The notes under the pieces were generated by a model that saw only the letters and a program-made list of their open reading frames with translations, did no database searches and was not told the DNA's origin. A program made the translations under genes and the position numbers. Positions 34,148 to 43,658 of a stretch of DNA of 64,000 nucleotides are shown here, piece by piece (position 1 is the stretch's first letter; each line of letters opens with the position of its first letter). This DNA comes from Gemella haemolysans (GTDB lineage Bacteria; Bacillota; Bacilli; Staphylococcales; Gemellaceae). The DNA is taken from NCBI RefSeq assembly GCF_032567735.1, contig NZ_JAWHCX010000011.1; one strand, written 5' to 3'.

Positions 34148-35953
34148 ATGAAAAAGAATAAGTTTCTAAAAGTATTTAGTTCAGCGATGGCTCTTTCAGT
34201 AATTTTAGCCGGATGTTCAACATCAAGTAATTCTGGAAGCAAAAACGCTCCTAAAGCAAAAGTAGAATTTAAAACAAGCTTTGATAACGGTGGTTCAGCT
34301 GTAGATGGTGCTACATTAAAATATGGTATCTTATCAGCACAACCATTAACAGGTCTTTGGAACCCTGTATTCTCAGATAAAGCAGAAGACCAATACGTAA
34401 ACCAAGCTGTTATGGGTGGAACATTCTCTACTGACGAAGAAGGTCGTGTTCTTCAAGATAATGCAAACGATGCAGTTAAATTCCACTTAGATCGTGATAA
34501 AAAAGAAGTTACATTAACTATTCACGACGGCGCTAAATGGAGCAACGGTGAAGCATTCACAACAAAAGATATCGTAGCTACATACGAACTTATGGGTAAC
34601 CCTAAATTCACTACAAACACTCGTTACAACGAATCATTTGAATATATCGAAGGTATGAAAGAATACCATACTGGAAAAGCGAAAAATATTTCTGGTATCC
34701 AAGTTAAAGATGATAAAACAGTAGTACTTAAATACACTGATGTTCGTCCATCATTACTATGGGGTGAAGGTTTAGTTACTGACTTCCTAAATGCTAAACA
34801 AGTAGAAGAAGCTTCTAAAGACTTCGCTAAATTTGCTGAAGCAGACTTAAACAAAAAACCATTATCATATGGTCCTTATTACATCACTAAAGTAGTAAAC
34901 GGAGAAAGTGTTCTTGCTGAACAAAACCCTCACTACTTCAACAAAGATAAGATGAAACTTAAAAAAATCGAGTTCAAAACAGTAGCTCCAGCTCAAGCTA
35001 GCCAAGTAATCAAAAATGGAGAAGTTGACTATATCGATAGCGTTACTCCAAGTGTTTACGAAGGAGCAAAAGATATCAAGAACGGAACATTCTTAGGAGA
35101 TTCATCTCGTTACATGTCATATGTTGGATTCAAACTAGGTAAATTCGACAAAGCTAAAGGTGAAAACGTAGTTGATGCTAACTCTAAACTAGCTGATAAA
35201 AACTTACGTCAAGCATTCCTATATGCAGTTGACCGTGACCAAATCAACGAAAAAATCTTCAAAGGATTACGTTACACTCCAACAGGATCTGGTATGTACC
35301 CAGCAGCTGTAGGTAAATTAGTAAACGAAAATGCTACTGCAGCTAAAAAAGATGTAGAAAAAGCTAAAAAATTATTAGATGATGCAGGATTTAAAGATAA
35401 AGATGGAGATGGACTACGTGAAGACAAAAACGGAAACAAACTTTCATTCAACTTCGCAATCCGTAACACTGGTGCAGAATATGACCAAGCATTAGCTGAT
35501 GTATTCCTAAAATCTTGGAAAGAAGTAGGATTAGATGTTAAATTAGTAGACGGAAAACTTATGTCTCCAAAAGACTTCTCTCAACGTGTACAAGCAGATG
35601 ATCCATCAATCGATATCTTCCAAGGTGCATGGCAATATGGAACAAACCCTAACCGTCAAGAGTTATTAGGTAAAAAAGCTCCATTAAACTTATACCGTTA
35701 CACTACTGAAGCATTCGAAAACAGCTTCAAAGCTCAAGGATCAGCAGATATGTTTGATGATGCTAAATTAAAAGCAGCTTACAACAAATTTGATGGTGAA
35801 GTAGCTGAAGAATTACCATTCTTCCCATTAAGCTGGGATACAAGTATCACGTTCTTCAACAAACGTGTTAAAGCTTACGACTTAGCTAAAGCTAAGAAAA
35901 ACCAATTCAAACTTTATGAACTTGAATTAACAGCTAACGAAGGTGCTAAATAA
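34148..35953 (+). CDS. oppA: Oligopeptide-binding lipoprotein OppA (paralogue 2)
   Basis: 601 aa with lipobox ILAGCST. Colinear with paralogue 1 along its whole length (e.g. KEVTLTIH...KWSNGE, KKPLSYGPYY). Confidence 0.85.
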   Translation: MKKNKFLKVFSSAMALSVILAGCSTSSNSGSKNAPKAKVEFKTSFDNGGSAVDGATLKYGILSAQPLTGLWNPVFSDKAEDQYVNQAVMGGTFSTDEEGRVLQDNANDAVKFHLDRDKKEVTLTIHDGAKWSNGEAFTTKDIVATYELMGNPKFTTNTRYNESFEYIEGMKEYHTGKAKNISGIQVKDDKTVVLKYTDVRPSLLWGEGLVTDFLNAKQVEEASKDFAKFAEADLNKKPLSYGPYYITKVVNGESVLAEQNPHYFNKDKMKLKKIEFKTVAPAQASQVIKNGEVDYIDSVTPSVYEGAKDIKNGTFLGDSSRYMSYVGFKLGKFDKAKGENVVDANSKLADKNLRQAFLYAVDRDQINEKIFKGLRYTPTGSGMYPAAVGKLVNENATAAKKDVEKAKKLLDDAGFKDKDGDGLREDKNGNKLSFNFAIRNTGAEYDQALADVFLKSWKEVGLDVKLVDGKLMSPKDFSQRVQADDPSIDIFQGAWQYGTNPNRQELLGKKAPLNLYRYTTEAFENSFKAQGSADMFDDAKLKAAYNKFDGEVAEELPFFPLSWDTSITFFNKRVKAYDLAKAKKNQFKLYELELTANEGAK

Positions 35954-35966
35954 TAAAAATTAACTT

Positions 35967-36008
35967 ACGACATAGATGACTTCGGTTGTCTATGTCGTTT
36001 ATTTTTTT
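35967..36008 (+). terminator. Rho-independent terminator of oppA2
   Basis: ACGACATAGATGAC-TTCG-GTTGTCTATGTCGT, followed by TTATTTTTTT. Confidence 0.7.
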
Positions 36009-36191
36009 ATATTTCCTAGGAAATAGTGATTGAGATTATATAGGCATGATAATAAGTGGTATTAGAATGCTAACAGTTGAATTTTTTGTAAATAACGTAT
36101 AAAATTATAAAAGTATAATGTATTTATTGCTATGATAGTGAATACTTTTAGAATTTTAAAATTCATAAAAAATTATAGGAAAGGTGTATTA

Positions 36192-37088
36192 ATGAGAAAA
36201 TTTATTTCAGAGTTATTATTAATAATTGTTACAATTATTTGGGGTCTTGCTTTTATTTGGCAAAATATAGCAAGTAAAGTTCTAGGACCATTAACAGTTG
36301 TAGGTATAAGATCGATAATTGCAGTAGTCTTTCTTATTGTTGTTGCATTGCTAGTACCGAGTTTGTATAAGAGTCAAGCTCCAAAAGTGTTAGCTGAGCC
36401 TATAACAAAAAATAAAAGTTGGGTGCTTGGTGGTATTTGTGGAATTGTACTATTTTTTGCGATGTATATTTCGCAAATTGGTATTGGTATGACAACTGCA
36501 GGTAAAGCTGGATTTATTACAGTTTTGTATATTTGTATAGTACCATTTATAGGTGTCTTTTTAGGAAATAAACTTAATAAATTCTTTATTATAGGATTGA
36601 TTTTATCTGTAATTGGGTTTTATTTCTTATCTGTAAAAGAAGAATTTTCTTTAGAGATGGGAGATATTATCGTTTTAATCAGTGCGGTTCTATTCGGGAT
36701 TCATATTATTGTTATTGATTATTCGGCTGCTAGAGTTAATTCAATGTTCTTATCTATCGTTCAATTAGTCGTAGTATCTGTATTGAGCTTAGTATTAGCT
36801 GTTTTCAAGGAAACAATCGTCTTTGCGGATATAATGAGTGTTATTTGGCCGTTACTAGCGATAGGTGTACTTTCAAGTGGAGTAGGTTATACTTTACAGA
36901 TTGTAGGTCAAAAAGATGTTCCGCCACACACAGCATCTCTAATATTAAGTTTAGAGTCTGTTGTAGCTGCAATAGGTGGAGTGCTTATCCTTGGTGAACA
37001 CATTGGAATAAGAGAAGGAATCGGTATGCTTATCGTTTTCGTGGGAATTATCGTTTCACAATTACCGGATAAGAAGAAAGATAAATAG
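36192..37088 (+). CDS. EamA/DMT-family transporter
   Basis: Ten predicted TMs in two EamA-like halves. ATG 36192 is preferred to the upstream ATG at 36132. Confidence 0.75.
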   Translation: MRKFISELLLIIVTIIWGLAFIWQNIASKVLGPLTVVGIRSIIAVVFLIVVALLVPSLYKSQAPKVLAEPITKNKSWVLGGICGIVLFFAMYISQIGIGMTTAGKAGFITVLYICIVPFIGVFLGNKLNKFFIIGLILSVIGFYFLSVKEEFSLEMGDIIVLISAVLFGIHIIVIDYSAARVNSMFLSIVQLVVVSVLSLVLAVFKETIVFADIMSVIWPLLAIGVLSSGVGYTLQIVGQKDVPPHTASLILSLESVVAAIGGVLILGEHIGIREGIGMLIVFVGIIVSQLPDKKKDK

Positions 37089-37107
37089 TTTATAATGAAA
37101 AGCATTA

Positions 37108-37150
37108 GGGAGTGACTCGAAAATTGTGATTTTATCGAGTCCCCTTTTTT
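37108..37150 (+). terminator. Terminator of the EamA gene, built from the terminal hairpin module of the ~170-nt repeat family
   Basis: GGGAGTGACTCGAAAAT-TGTG-ATTTTATCGAGTCCCC followed by TTTTTT. The same GGGAGTGACTC..AAAAT module starts the repeats at 45319, 55229 (reverse complement) and 58673 (reverse complement). Confidence 0.7.
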
Positions 37151-38227
37151 ATGAGGTTAATGATGAAAAAAATATTAAAAATAATTGTTAGTTTAGTATT
37201 AGTAGCAGCTTTAGGTTTTGCAGGATTAGTTGGTTACCTATGGGCGACAGAATACAGTCCTAATGGTGTAGAGAGCCTGCAGGTTACTAAGCAAGGTAAT
37301 TCAGAAATAGCAAAAGTAGGAACAGAATATAGTGCCCTTAACTGGAATATAGGTTATGCAGGACTTGATAAAGATGAAGATTTCTTTATGGATGGTGGAA
37401 AGATGGTGTTACCTCTTGATAAAGCCCATGTAGAAGAAAATTTAAAAAATATTACAGAAATAGTTAAAAATGAGAAAGCTAATGTCAACTTTATTCAAGA
37501 AATTGATGAAGATTCAAAACGTAGTTATAATATAAATCAAGTTAGAGCATTTGATGAAGCGCTTGGTTTAAATAGTATATTAGCTTATAACTTCAAGGTT
37601 AGATATATACCATATCCATTGCCACCACTAGGAAAGGTGAAAAGTGGTGTATATACTGCGACTGATTTTAAAATAGAAAATGCAAGAAGATTCCAAATGG
37701 CAATTCCATTTACTTTCCCTGAAAGACTGGCTAATTTAAAACGTGGATTTTCTGTTATTTATACAAAAGTAGAAAATAGTGATAAACACCTTGTATTAAT
37801 CAATGCGCATCTTGATGCTTATGACAAAGGTAATTCTGGTAAAAAGGCTCAGATGAAGCAACTGCTTGAGTTTATCGATTATGAGTATAAGAAAGGTAAT
37901 TATGTATTGGTTGGGGCAGATTTTAATCAGTCGTTAAAAACTTTAACGCAAGATGAGATTAACGTTGTTCCAAAAGAATTATGGCGTGCTGAGAATTTAG
38001 ATAAAAGTTTGTTACCAGCAGGATTTAAGTTAGTTTATGATGAAAGTAGAAATTCAGCTAGACTTAACAATAAACCTTATGTGAAAGATAGCGAAGGGAC
38101 ATATGGTTTCATTATCGATGGGTATATCGCGAGTGACAATATTGAAGTACTTGGTGTAGAAACGTTAAATCAAGAGTATAGATATAGTGATCATAACCCG
38201 GTAAAATTGAGATATGAACTTAAATAG
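37151..38227 (+). CDS. Endonuclease/exonuclease/phosphatase (EEP)-family protein with an N-terminal membrane anchor
   Basis: 358 aa with a C-terminal SDHNPV motif and internal NAHLDAY / GADFN blocks typical of the EEP fold. The start could be one of the nearby downstream ATGs. Confidence 0.65.
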   Translation: MRLMMKKILKIIVSLVLVAALGFAGLVGYLWATEYSPNGVESLQVTKQGNSEIAKVGTEYSALNWNIGYAGLDKDEDFFMDGGKMVLPLDKAHVEENLKNITEIVKNEKANVNFIQEIDEDSKRSYNINQVRAFDEALGLNSILAYNFKVRYIPYPLPPLGKVKSGVYTATDFKIENARRFQMAIPFTFPERLANLKRGFSVIYTKVENSDKHLVLINAHLDAYDKGNSGKKAQMKQLLEFIDYEYKKGNYVLVGADFNQSLKTLTQDEINVVPKELWRAENLDKSLLPAGFKLVYDESRNSARLNNKPYVKDSEGTYGFIIDGYIASDNIEVLGVETLNQEYRYSDHNPVKLRYELK

Positions 38228-38345
38228 AATAAAAGAAGTGGCTTGGAGATTAGGTCAAGGAGCTGCTTTTTTATAAACTAAATTTTTGGAAACTTGTTCT
38301 TTTGATTGTGAAGCGAGACGTCTTCAACCAACATTTTTTCAACAA

Positions 38346-38386
38346 TGAAAAATCCCACAAACTTATGTTTGTGGGATAATTTTTTA
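38346..38386. terminator. Bidirectional terminator between the EEP gene and the symporter
   Basis: ATCCCACAAAC-TTAT-GTTTGTGGGAT perfect 11-bp stem, with an A-run before and a T-run after. Confidence 0.8.
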
Positions 38387-39583
38387 TGCTTTTTGTTCTT
38401 CGTCCTTTTTGAAGAATATTCTATTTAATCTATCAACAATTGCTGATAAAGCTCCATCTCCAGAGATGTTACATGCAGTTCCAAAGCTATCTTGAGTGAT
38501 GTATAATGCAATCATTAGAGATAACATGATTTCATTGAATCCAAGAACTGATTGCAATAATCCAAGAGCAGCCATAACTGCACCACCTGGAACACCAGGG
38601 GCAGCTACCATTGTTACTCCAAGAAGAAGAATGAATTTAACCATTACTGCAGCTGATGGGAATGCAGCACCGTGTTGTAACCAGAATACTGCAGATGCAC
38701 ATGTAGTTAATGTAATTGTACTTCCTGATAAGTGGATAGTAGCAAATAATGGAATTGTGAAGTTTGCGATGTTTTTATCAACACCCATTTTTTTAGTACT
38801 TCTTAGTGTTACTGGGATAGTAGCGGCTGAAGATTGAGTACCAATCGCTGTCATGTAAGCAGGTAAGATGTTAACAAGCATCTTGAATGGATTTTTTTTG
38901 TTAATTGCACCTGCAAAAGTATATTGAGCAAGGATAATAATGAAGTGTAAGATAATAATTAGAACGAATACCATAGCGAAGATTTTTAAGATTTTAAATA
39001 CTTCACCAGAAGCGGTAATGTTCATGAATACACCTAGGATGTAGAAAGGAAGAAGTGGAATAATTACTGTAGCAAGTAATTTTTCGATGATTTCTCCGAA
39101 GTCTGCGAATCCTTGTTTTAATCCTTCTGATTGTGTTGCAGAAATCCCGATTCCTAAGATGAATGAGATAATTAATGCAGTAGTAACATCAAAAATTGGA
39201 GTCATTTTAAACTCGATAAATGGTTTTAACATTAAGTCCTCTGGATTTTTGAATGTTTGTAATGTGGCATTAGCTAAAATGTTTGGTAATACAGCTTTAG
39301 CTGTTAAGAATGCAAATGTTCCTGCGATAATTGTAGAAATATATGCAACTCCTGTTGATAATCCAAGTAATTTACCAGCGTTATTAGAAACTTGGCTAAT
39401 ACCTGGTACGATAAATCCAACGATAATAAGTGGGATTGTGAATCCTAAGAATGAGCTGAAAATTGATGAAAAAGTAACGAAAACTCTAATAATAGACGTT
39501 GATAGAGTACTTCCTAAAACTATCCCTAATGTTACAGCGATAATAAGTTTTACTATTAATGGAATTCTTTTATATAAACTCAT
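38384..39583 (-). CDS. Dicarboxylate/amino-acid:cation symporter (DAACS family)
   Basis: Polytopic protein with the GTQSSAATIPVT and ISGDGALS motifs characteristic of the family. ATG 39583 follows AGGAG and is preferred to the upstream ATG at 39637. Confidence 0.75.
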   Translation of the reverse strand: MSLYKRIPLIVKLIIAVTLGIVLGSTLSTSIIRVFVTFSSIFSSFLGFTIPLIIVGFIVPGISQVSNNAGKLLGLSTGVAYISTIIAGTFAFLTAKAVLPNILANATLQTFKNPEDLMLKPFIEFKMTPIFDVTTALIISFILGIGISATQSEGLKQGFADFGEIIEKLLATVIIPLLPFYILGVFMNITASGEVFKILKIFAMVFVLIIILHFIIILAQYTFAGAINKKNPFKMLVNILPAYMTAIGTQSSAATIPVTLRSTKKMGVDKNIANFTIPLFATIHLSGSTITLTTCASAVFWLQHGAAFPSAAVMVKFILLLGVTMVAAPGVPGGAVMAALGLLQSVLGFNEIMLSLMIALYITQDSFGTACNISGDGALSAIVDRLNRIFFKKDEEQKA

Positions 39584-39742
39584 TGTTCGATCTCCTTTTT
39601 TTATTTTATTGTATTTTTTAAAAAGACATGTGTACATTATACAAGAAAACTATTGATTTGTAAAGGGATTGTGGCATATTTTTTCAATTATTTGAAAATT
39701 TTATATATTTATATAGAAGAAGTTCTAATAAAATAAATAAAA

Positions 39743-39783
39743 AAAGCTTAAAACCTCAAATGATTATTGAGATTTTAAGCTTT
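39743..39783. terminator. Hairpin terminator downstream of the oxidoreductase gene
   Basis: AAGCTTAAAACCTCAA ... TTGAGATTTTAAGCTT. Confidence 0.65.
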
Positions 39784-39792
39784 ATGCAGTTA

Positions 39793-41118
39793 TTAGATTA
39801 ATTTGAATACATCATTTAAGTTTTCAGCCATTGTTGGGTGAGTGAAGATTTGATCTCTGATGTAAGTGTAAGGAATTTTGTTATCAATTGCCATTTTAAT
39901 TAGGTTGATAATTTCTTCTGAGTTTTTACCTAATAGAGTAGCTCCAAGAATTAAGTTAGTGTCTTTGTCTACAGTTACACGGAATAATCCACGTGGATCT
40001 TGGTTAACAGCTCCTCTAGGCATGTTAGCAACAGGTAATGATGCTACTGCAACGTTAGGGTAAGCTGCCTCAGCTTCTTCTTTGTGTAATCCAACGTGAG
40101 ATAATGCTGGAGAGATGAATGTTGAGTAAGGTACGTTTTTACGATCAGCAGTTGTGTATTCTTTGTTACCGTGTAAGTATCCGTTAACTACTCTGAAGTC
40201 GTCTAATGATACGTAAGTGAATTGTAATCCACCGTTAACATCACCGACTGCGAATACATTTTCTACAGCTGTTTGACAGAATTCGTCTACTACGATTGTT
40301 CCGTTTGGACGTAATTCGATGTCAGTGTTTTCTAATCCTAATCCTTCAGTGTTAGCACGGCGTCCAGTTGCGTGTAATACTGCTTCGAATTCTAGTGGAC
40401 CATATTTTTCTGTATCAACTACAACAAGTTCTCCGTTGTTGCGGATCTCTTTTGTTGCAGTTCCTAATTTGAACTCGATTCCTGCTTCTTCTAAGTATCC
40501 TTGAGCAAGTTCAGCGATATCTTTGTCTTCTCTTCCTAAGATTCCAGGAGCGAAGTCGATTACTGTAACTTTAACTCCAAGACGAGCGTAAAGGTTAGCG
40601 AATTCTAATCCGATGTTACCTCCACCGATAATCCCTAGAGTTTTAGGAGCTTTTTCTAATTTTTGGAATTCAGTGCTATCGTAAACATTTTTAGATGTTG
40701 TTAATCCTGGAATTGGTAATACATTGTTTTTAGCTCCAGTGTTAATTACTACGATTTCACCTTCAAGTTGTTTAGTTTCTCCGTTAGCAGAAATTTCTAC
40801 TACTTTGTTAGAAACGAATTTAGCGTGAGCTGTGTAAACATCAACGTTTGGACTATTGTCTAACATAGCGAAGTTTTTAGCGTTAAGTTTAGACACAACA
40901 GCGTCTCTTGTAGCTTTAGCTTCTGCGAAGTCTTTTTTGTTATCTGCAGCTACGATTAAAGTTTTAGTTGGAATACATCCGATGTTAATACAAGTACCAC
41001 CGTACATTGCACTGCTTTCTTCAACTACTGCTACTTTTTTTCCTTCTTTAGCGAATGTTGCTGCTAAAGTTTTTCCGGCTTTACCGAATCCTACTACTAA
41101 TAAATCATATTTAACCAT
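39793..41118 (-). CDS. FAD-dependent pyridine nucleotide-disulfide oxidoreductase, RclA (YkgC)-like
   Basis: 441 aa. GFGKAGKTLA...AMYGGTCINIGCIPTK (redox-active CxxxxC) and the C-terminal QIFTHPTM.E.LNDLF resemble E. coli RclA as I recall it. Not verified by alignment. Confidence 0.7.
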   Translation of the reverse strand: MVKYDLLVVGFGKAGKTLAATFAKEGKKVAVVEESSAMYGGTCINIGCIPTKTLIVAADNKKDFAEAKATRDAVVSKLNAKNFAMLDNSPNVDVYTAHAKFVSNKVVEISANGETKQLEGEIVVINTGAKNNVLPIPGLTTSKNVYDSTEFQKLEKAPKTLGIIGGGNIGLEFANLYARLGVKVTVIDFAPGILGREDKDIAELAQGYLEEAGIEFKLGTATKEIRNNGELVVVDTEKYGPLEFEAVLHATGRRANTEGLGLENTDIELRPNGTIVVDEFCQTAVENVFAVGDVNGGLQFTYVSLDDFRVVNGYLHGNKEYTTADRKNVPYSTFISPALSHVGLHKEEAEAAYPNVAVASLPVANMPRGAVNQDPRGLFRVTVDKDTNLILGATLLGKNSEEIINLIKMAIDNKIPYTYIRDQIFTHPTMAENLNDVFKLI

Positions 41119-41412
41119 AATTTGATTCCTCTTTTGCTTTAAATTTTATTGTTTATATTTTATATTTTTTAAATAAATATAAGATGAAAACTCTTTAGTT
41201 CATATTTTACTCCTACTTTTTCAAAATTTCAAGTACTTTGCCTACAAAAGTAGACGATTTTTGAAAAAATTTTTTTGAAGAAGATAAAATATGATTGAAA
41301 TCGTTATAATACCAACGTTTTCAGGAAAATAATTTTTGATATTATTTTGATATTGCTTCTCATTATGGTATAATATCCTTTGTACAAATATGAAATTTTA
41401 TGGAGGAAAACA

Positions 41413-41748
41413 ATGACATTACCTAATTGTCCAGAATGTAAAAGTGAATATACTTATGAAGATGGAAATATGCTAGTATGTCCTATGTGTGCTCATGAAT
41501 GGTCACCAGAAGATACTAGTGGAGCAGAAGAGGAAAAAGTTTACCGCGATGCCAACGGTAACGTACTTCAAGATGGAGATACAGTTTCTGTAATTAAAGA
41601 TTTAAAAGTTAAAGGTAGTTCTTCTACATTAAAACAAGGAACTCGCGTTAAAAATATTAGATTAGTTGATGGAGATCATAACATCGATTGTAAAATTGAT
41701 GGTTTCGGTGCTATGAAACTAAAATCTGAATTTGTTAAAAAAATATAA
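41413..41748 (+). CDS. yjdM: Zinc-ribbon protein YjdM (PhnA-like)
   Basis: [28 protein letters not shown] ... [50 protein letters not shown] closely resembles E. coli YjdM. ATG 41413 follows GGAGG. Confidence 0.85.
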   Translation: MTLPNCPECKSEYTYEDGNMLVCPMCAHEWSPEDTSGAEEEKVYRDANGNVLQDGDTVSVIKDLKVKGSSSTLKQGTRVKNIRLVDGDHNIDCKIDGFGAMKLKSEFVKKI

Positions 41749-41753
41749 TACAA

Positions 41754-41816
41754 AAAGAGCTGACTCAATAGTAATTTCAATGAAATAATTAAGAGTACAG
41801 CTCTTTTAATTTTTTT
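41754..41816 (+). terminator. Terminator of yjdM (long hairpin)
   Basis: AAAGAGCTGACTC ... GAGTACAGCTCTTT followed by TAATTTTTTT. Confidence 0.6.
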
Positions 41817-41817
41817 C

Positions 41818-41959
41818 CTACTGTTTTAGAGTAGCTGAAGTAAAATACTTTAGTGTTTTACTAGGGAAATTCGAGATTACAAGCTCGAATTTTAACTGGA
41901 AAATCCTTTTGTGATAACAAAAGATTTGGAAGTGTCCTAAGCTACCTTAAAAACAGTAG
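41818..41959. other. 142-nt cloverleaf-like element: a 19/20-nt terminal inverted repeat enclosing three hairpins (structured sRNA or MITE candidate)
   Basis: Outer stem CTACTGTTTTAGAGTAGCT / AGCTACCTTAAAAACAGTAG. Inner hairpins at 41840-41861, 41867-41892 and 41900-41927. Confidence 0.45.
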
Positions 41960-41962
41960 ATT

Positions 41963-42006
41963 AAAACAAGTCTGTAAACCATAGTGATTTACAGACTTGT
42001 TTTTTA
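41963..42006. terminator. Bidirectional terminator (fem gene, and possibly the element at 41818)
   Basis: ACAAGTCTGTAAA-9 nt-TTTACAGACTTGT perfect 13-bp stem, flanked by AAAA and TTTTTT. Confidence 0.8.
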
Positions 42007-43221
42007 TCTTTTAATTAGTTTTAATATTTTTCTTCTTAATGGTAATCCGTAGTTGTACATTAAATTGAATACATGAGAGATTACTAAATCGAACTCTCCG
42101 TAGTATTCTACGATATTTGGTGCAAATTTTGATTTAAATCCAAGTAGACTATCGTTTAGATTTCCTTCGATTCCACCCATAGACACTTCTTTAACACCCA
42201 TTTCTTGAGCTTTTTTCATCGTATCAGAAAATACCTTATATTGTGCAGGAAGTTTCGCGAAGGCTTCATTCATACCAGCGTAAATAATTTCTGCATGGTT
42301 ACCATAAGCGATAGTAATCGCAGCACTTATTACCTGATCTTTGCTCTTATCTTCAATCTCTAAGCTATCAAATAGAATGATTAGCTTTTCAATTCCAGCT
42401 ACTTGTTCAAGAAGAGTACGTTTTTTCTTCGGAGATTTTTCTCCAAGAGCTTCAATTTCATTCTCAAGGGCTTCTTTTCTAGAATGGCATTCTTTTACAG
42501 CTTTTTCTACGTTTATATATGAAATGTATAATAAAGCATTGTCTCTAAAAGTATCTAGTAAGTTCTCGAAATAATCACGCCCACGAAGAGAAATATTTTT
42601 TCTCTTTTCAGTACAAGCTAGGGCAAAAAGAAAGTCATCAAGATTTTCTTTGCCGCATCGTCTAACTTCAACGAATTTCTTCTCTGCATCACGAATTAAG
42701 CGACGTGTATCTTTCGGGAAAAGATCAGGAACTTCTTGTTCAAGTTTTGTAACTGTGTTAAAACGTGGTTGAATAGTACTGCTCATATCAAGGCTGAAAC
42801 CTTTGTGTTTATAGCCATTATCCTTGAACACTTTAATAAGAGTGTTATTCTCTCTATCTACTTCAATATCCTTAAATACTGCTAACTTCTCATCTTTTAT
42901 TGCAGTAGGGATATCTAATTTAACCATTTTAGCACCTTTGTCTTTGGCGAATTTCTTAAGGTTAGTTAAAAAGAAATTAAGTAGCTCAGTATTAGTATAA
43001 TCAAGAATTGGACCACGTGGAGCATACCATAACCCTTGACGAGTTAGAATCTGCACAGCAGCTATAATATTGTCATTTTCGTCTGCGACAGCTACTCTTA
43101 CAGCACCCCAAGTATTTTTAATGTGAGACCACTCGATAGCTTGCATCATATTACCATGTTTGTGATTTTTTATAAATTCAGTATATTTTTCATCGTTAAT
43201 ATTTGTTAAAAATTTCATCAT
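42004..43221 (-). CDS. FemAB-family peptidoglycan interpeptide-bridge aminoacyltransferase
   Basis: 405 aa. N-terminal ..F...H..GN.MQ...W...K..WG pattern plus a central coiled-coil insertion (KECHSRKEALENEIEALGEK), as in FemX/FemA/MurM. Confidence 0.8.
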   Translation of the reverse strand: MMKFLTNINDEKYTEFIKNHKHGNMMQAIEWSHIKNTWGAVRVAVADENDNIIAAVQILTRQGLWYAPRGPILDYTNTELLNFFLTNLKKFAKDKGAKMVKLDIPTAIKDEKLAVFKDIEVDRENNTLIKVFKDNGYKHKGFSLDMSSTIQPRFNTVTKLEQEVPDLFPKDTRRLIRDAEKKFVEVRRCGKENLDDFLFALACTEKRKNISLRGRDYFENLLDTFRDNALLYISYINVEKAVKECHSRKEALENEIEALGEKSPKKKRTLLEQVAGIEKLIILFDSLEIEDKSKDQVISAAITIAYGNHAEIIYAGMNEAFAKLPAQYKVFSDTMKKAQEMGVKEVSMGGIEGNLNDSLLGFKSKFAPNIVEYYGEFDLVISHVFNLMYNYGLPLRRKILKLIKR

Positions 43222-43383
43222 TCAATAATCCTTTAACTAAAGTACACTTAATCATAACAAATTATAGTAAAAAAATCAATTTTCAGGGGAAAATATATGA
43301 TAAATAAGTAAATTAAAATGTTTACAATCGCATACAAAACTTATATAATTAATGTATAAAATAATTTAAAGGAAGTAATTGCG

Positions 43384-43656
43384 ATGAACATGAATACATT
43401 GTACATCATGCTTGGATTTATATTTGTCTACGCGATGATTGCTAACGCAAGAGACAAGATAAAAAAGCGTGATGAAAAGAGTAAAGAAGCATTTGAAAGA
43501 CTCCAAAGTGCGTCTTATAAAAAGGAATTAGAAAAGGTTATAAACTTAAGTCAAGATGATGCATTTAACATTGCAGCATTAAGAAAAGCATACTTTTTAA
43601 ATGGAAAAGATGCAAAAAAACTAATAGAAATTGTAAAAAAGAGTAAAGGAATTTAA
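43384..43656 (+). CDS. Small membrane-anchored protein with one L7/L12-C-terminal-like motif
   Basis: 90 aa. An N-terminal TM followed by DDAFNIAALRKAYFLNGKDAKKLIEIV. Confidence 0.45.
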   Translation: MNMNTLYIMLGFIFVYAMIANARDKIKKRDEKSKEAFERLQSASYKKELEKVINLSQDDAFNIAALRKAYFLNGKDAKKLIEIVKKSKGI

Positions 43657-43658
43657 TT

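Noticed and set aside
38496-39656. Two + strand ORFs (113 and 189 aa) overlapping the DAACS symporter gene.
   Set aside because: They lie antisense to a well-supported transporter gene, lack an RBS and have composition typical of shadow frames. The same reasoning applies to the other antisense ORFs in the track, e.g. 4532-5330, 7136-7510, 20232-20705, 54124-54423 and 61988-62491.
41824-41836. GTTTTAGAGTAGC resembles the start of type II-A CRISPR repeats or tracrRNA anti-repeats.
   Set aside because: It is a single occurrence with no repeat-spacer array and no cas genes in the window. The similarity is short and is explained as one arm of the terminal inverted repeat of the 142-nt element.
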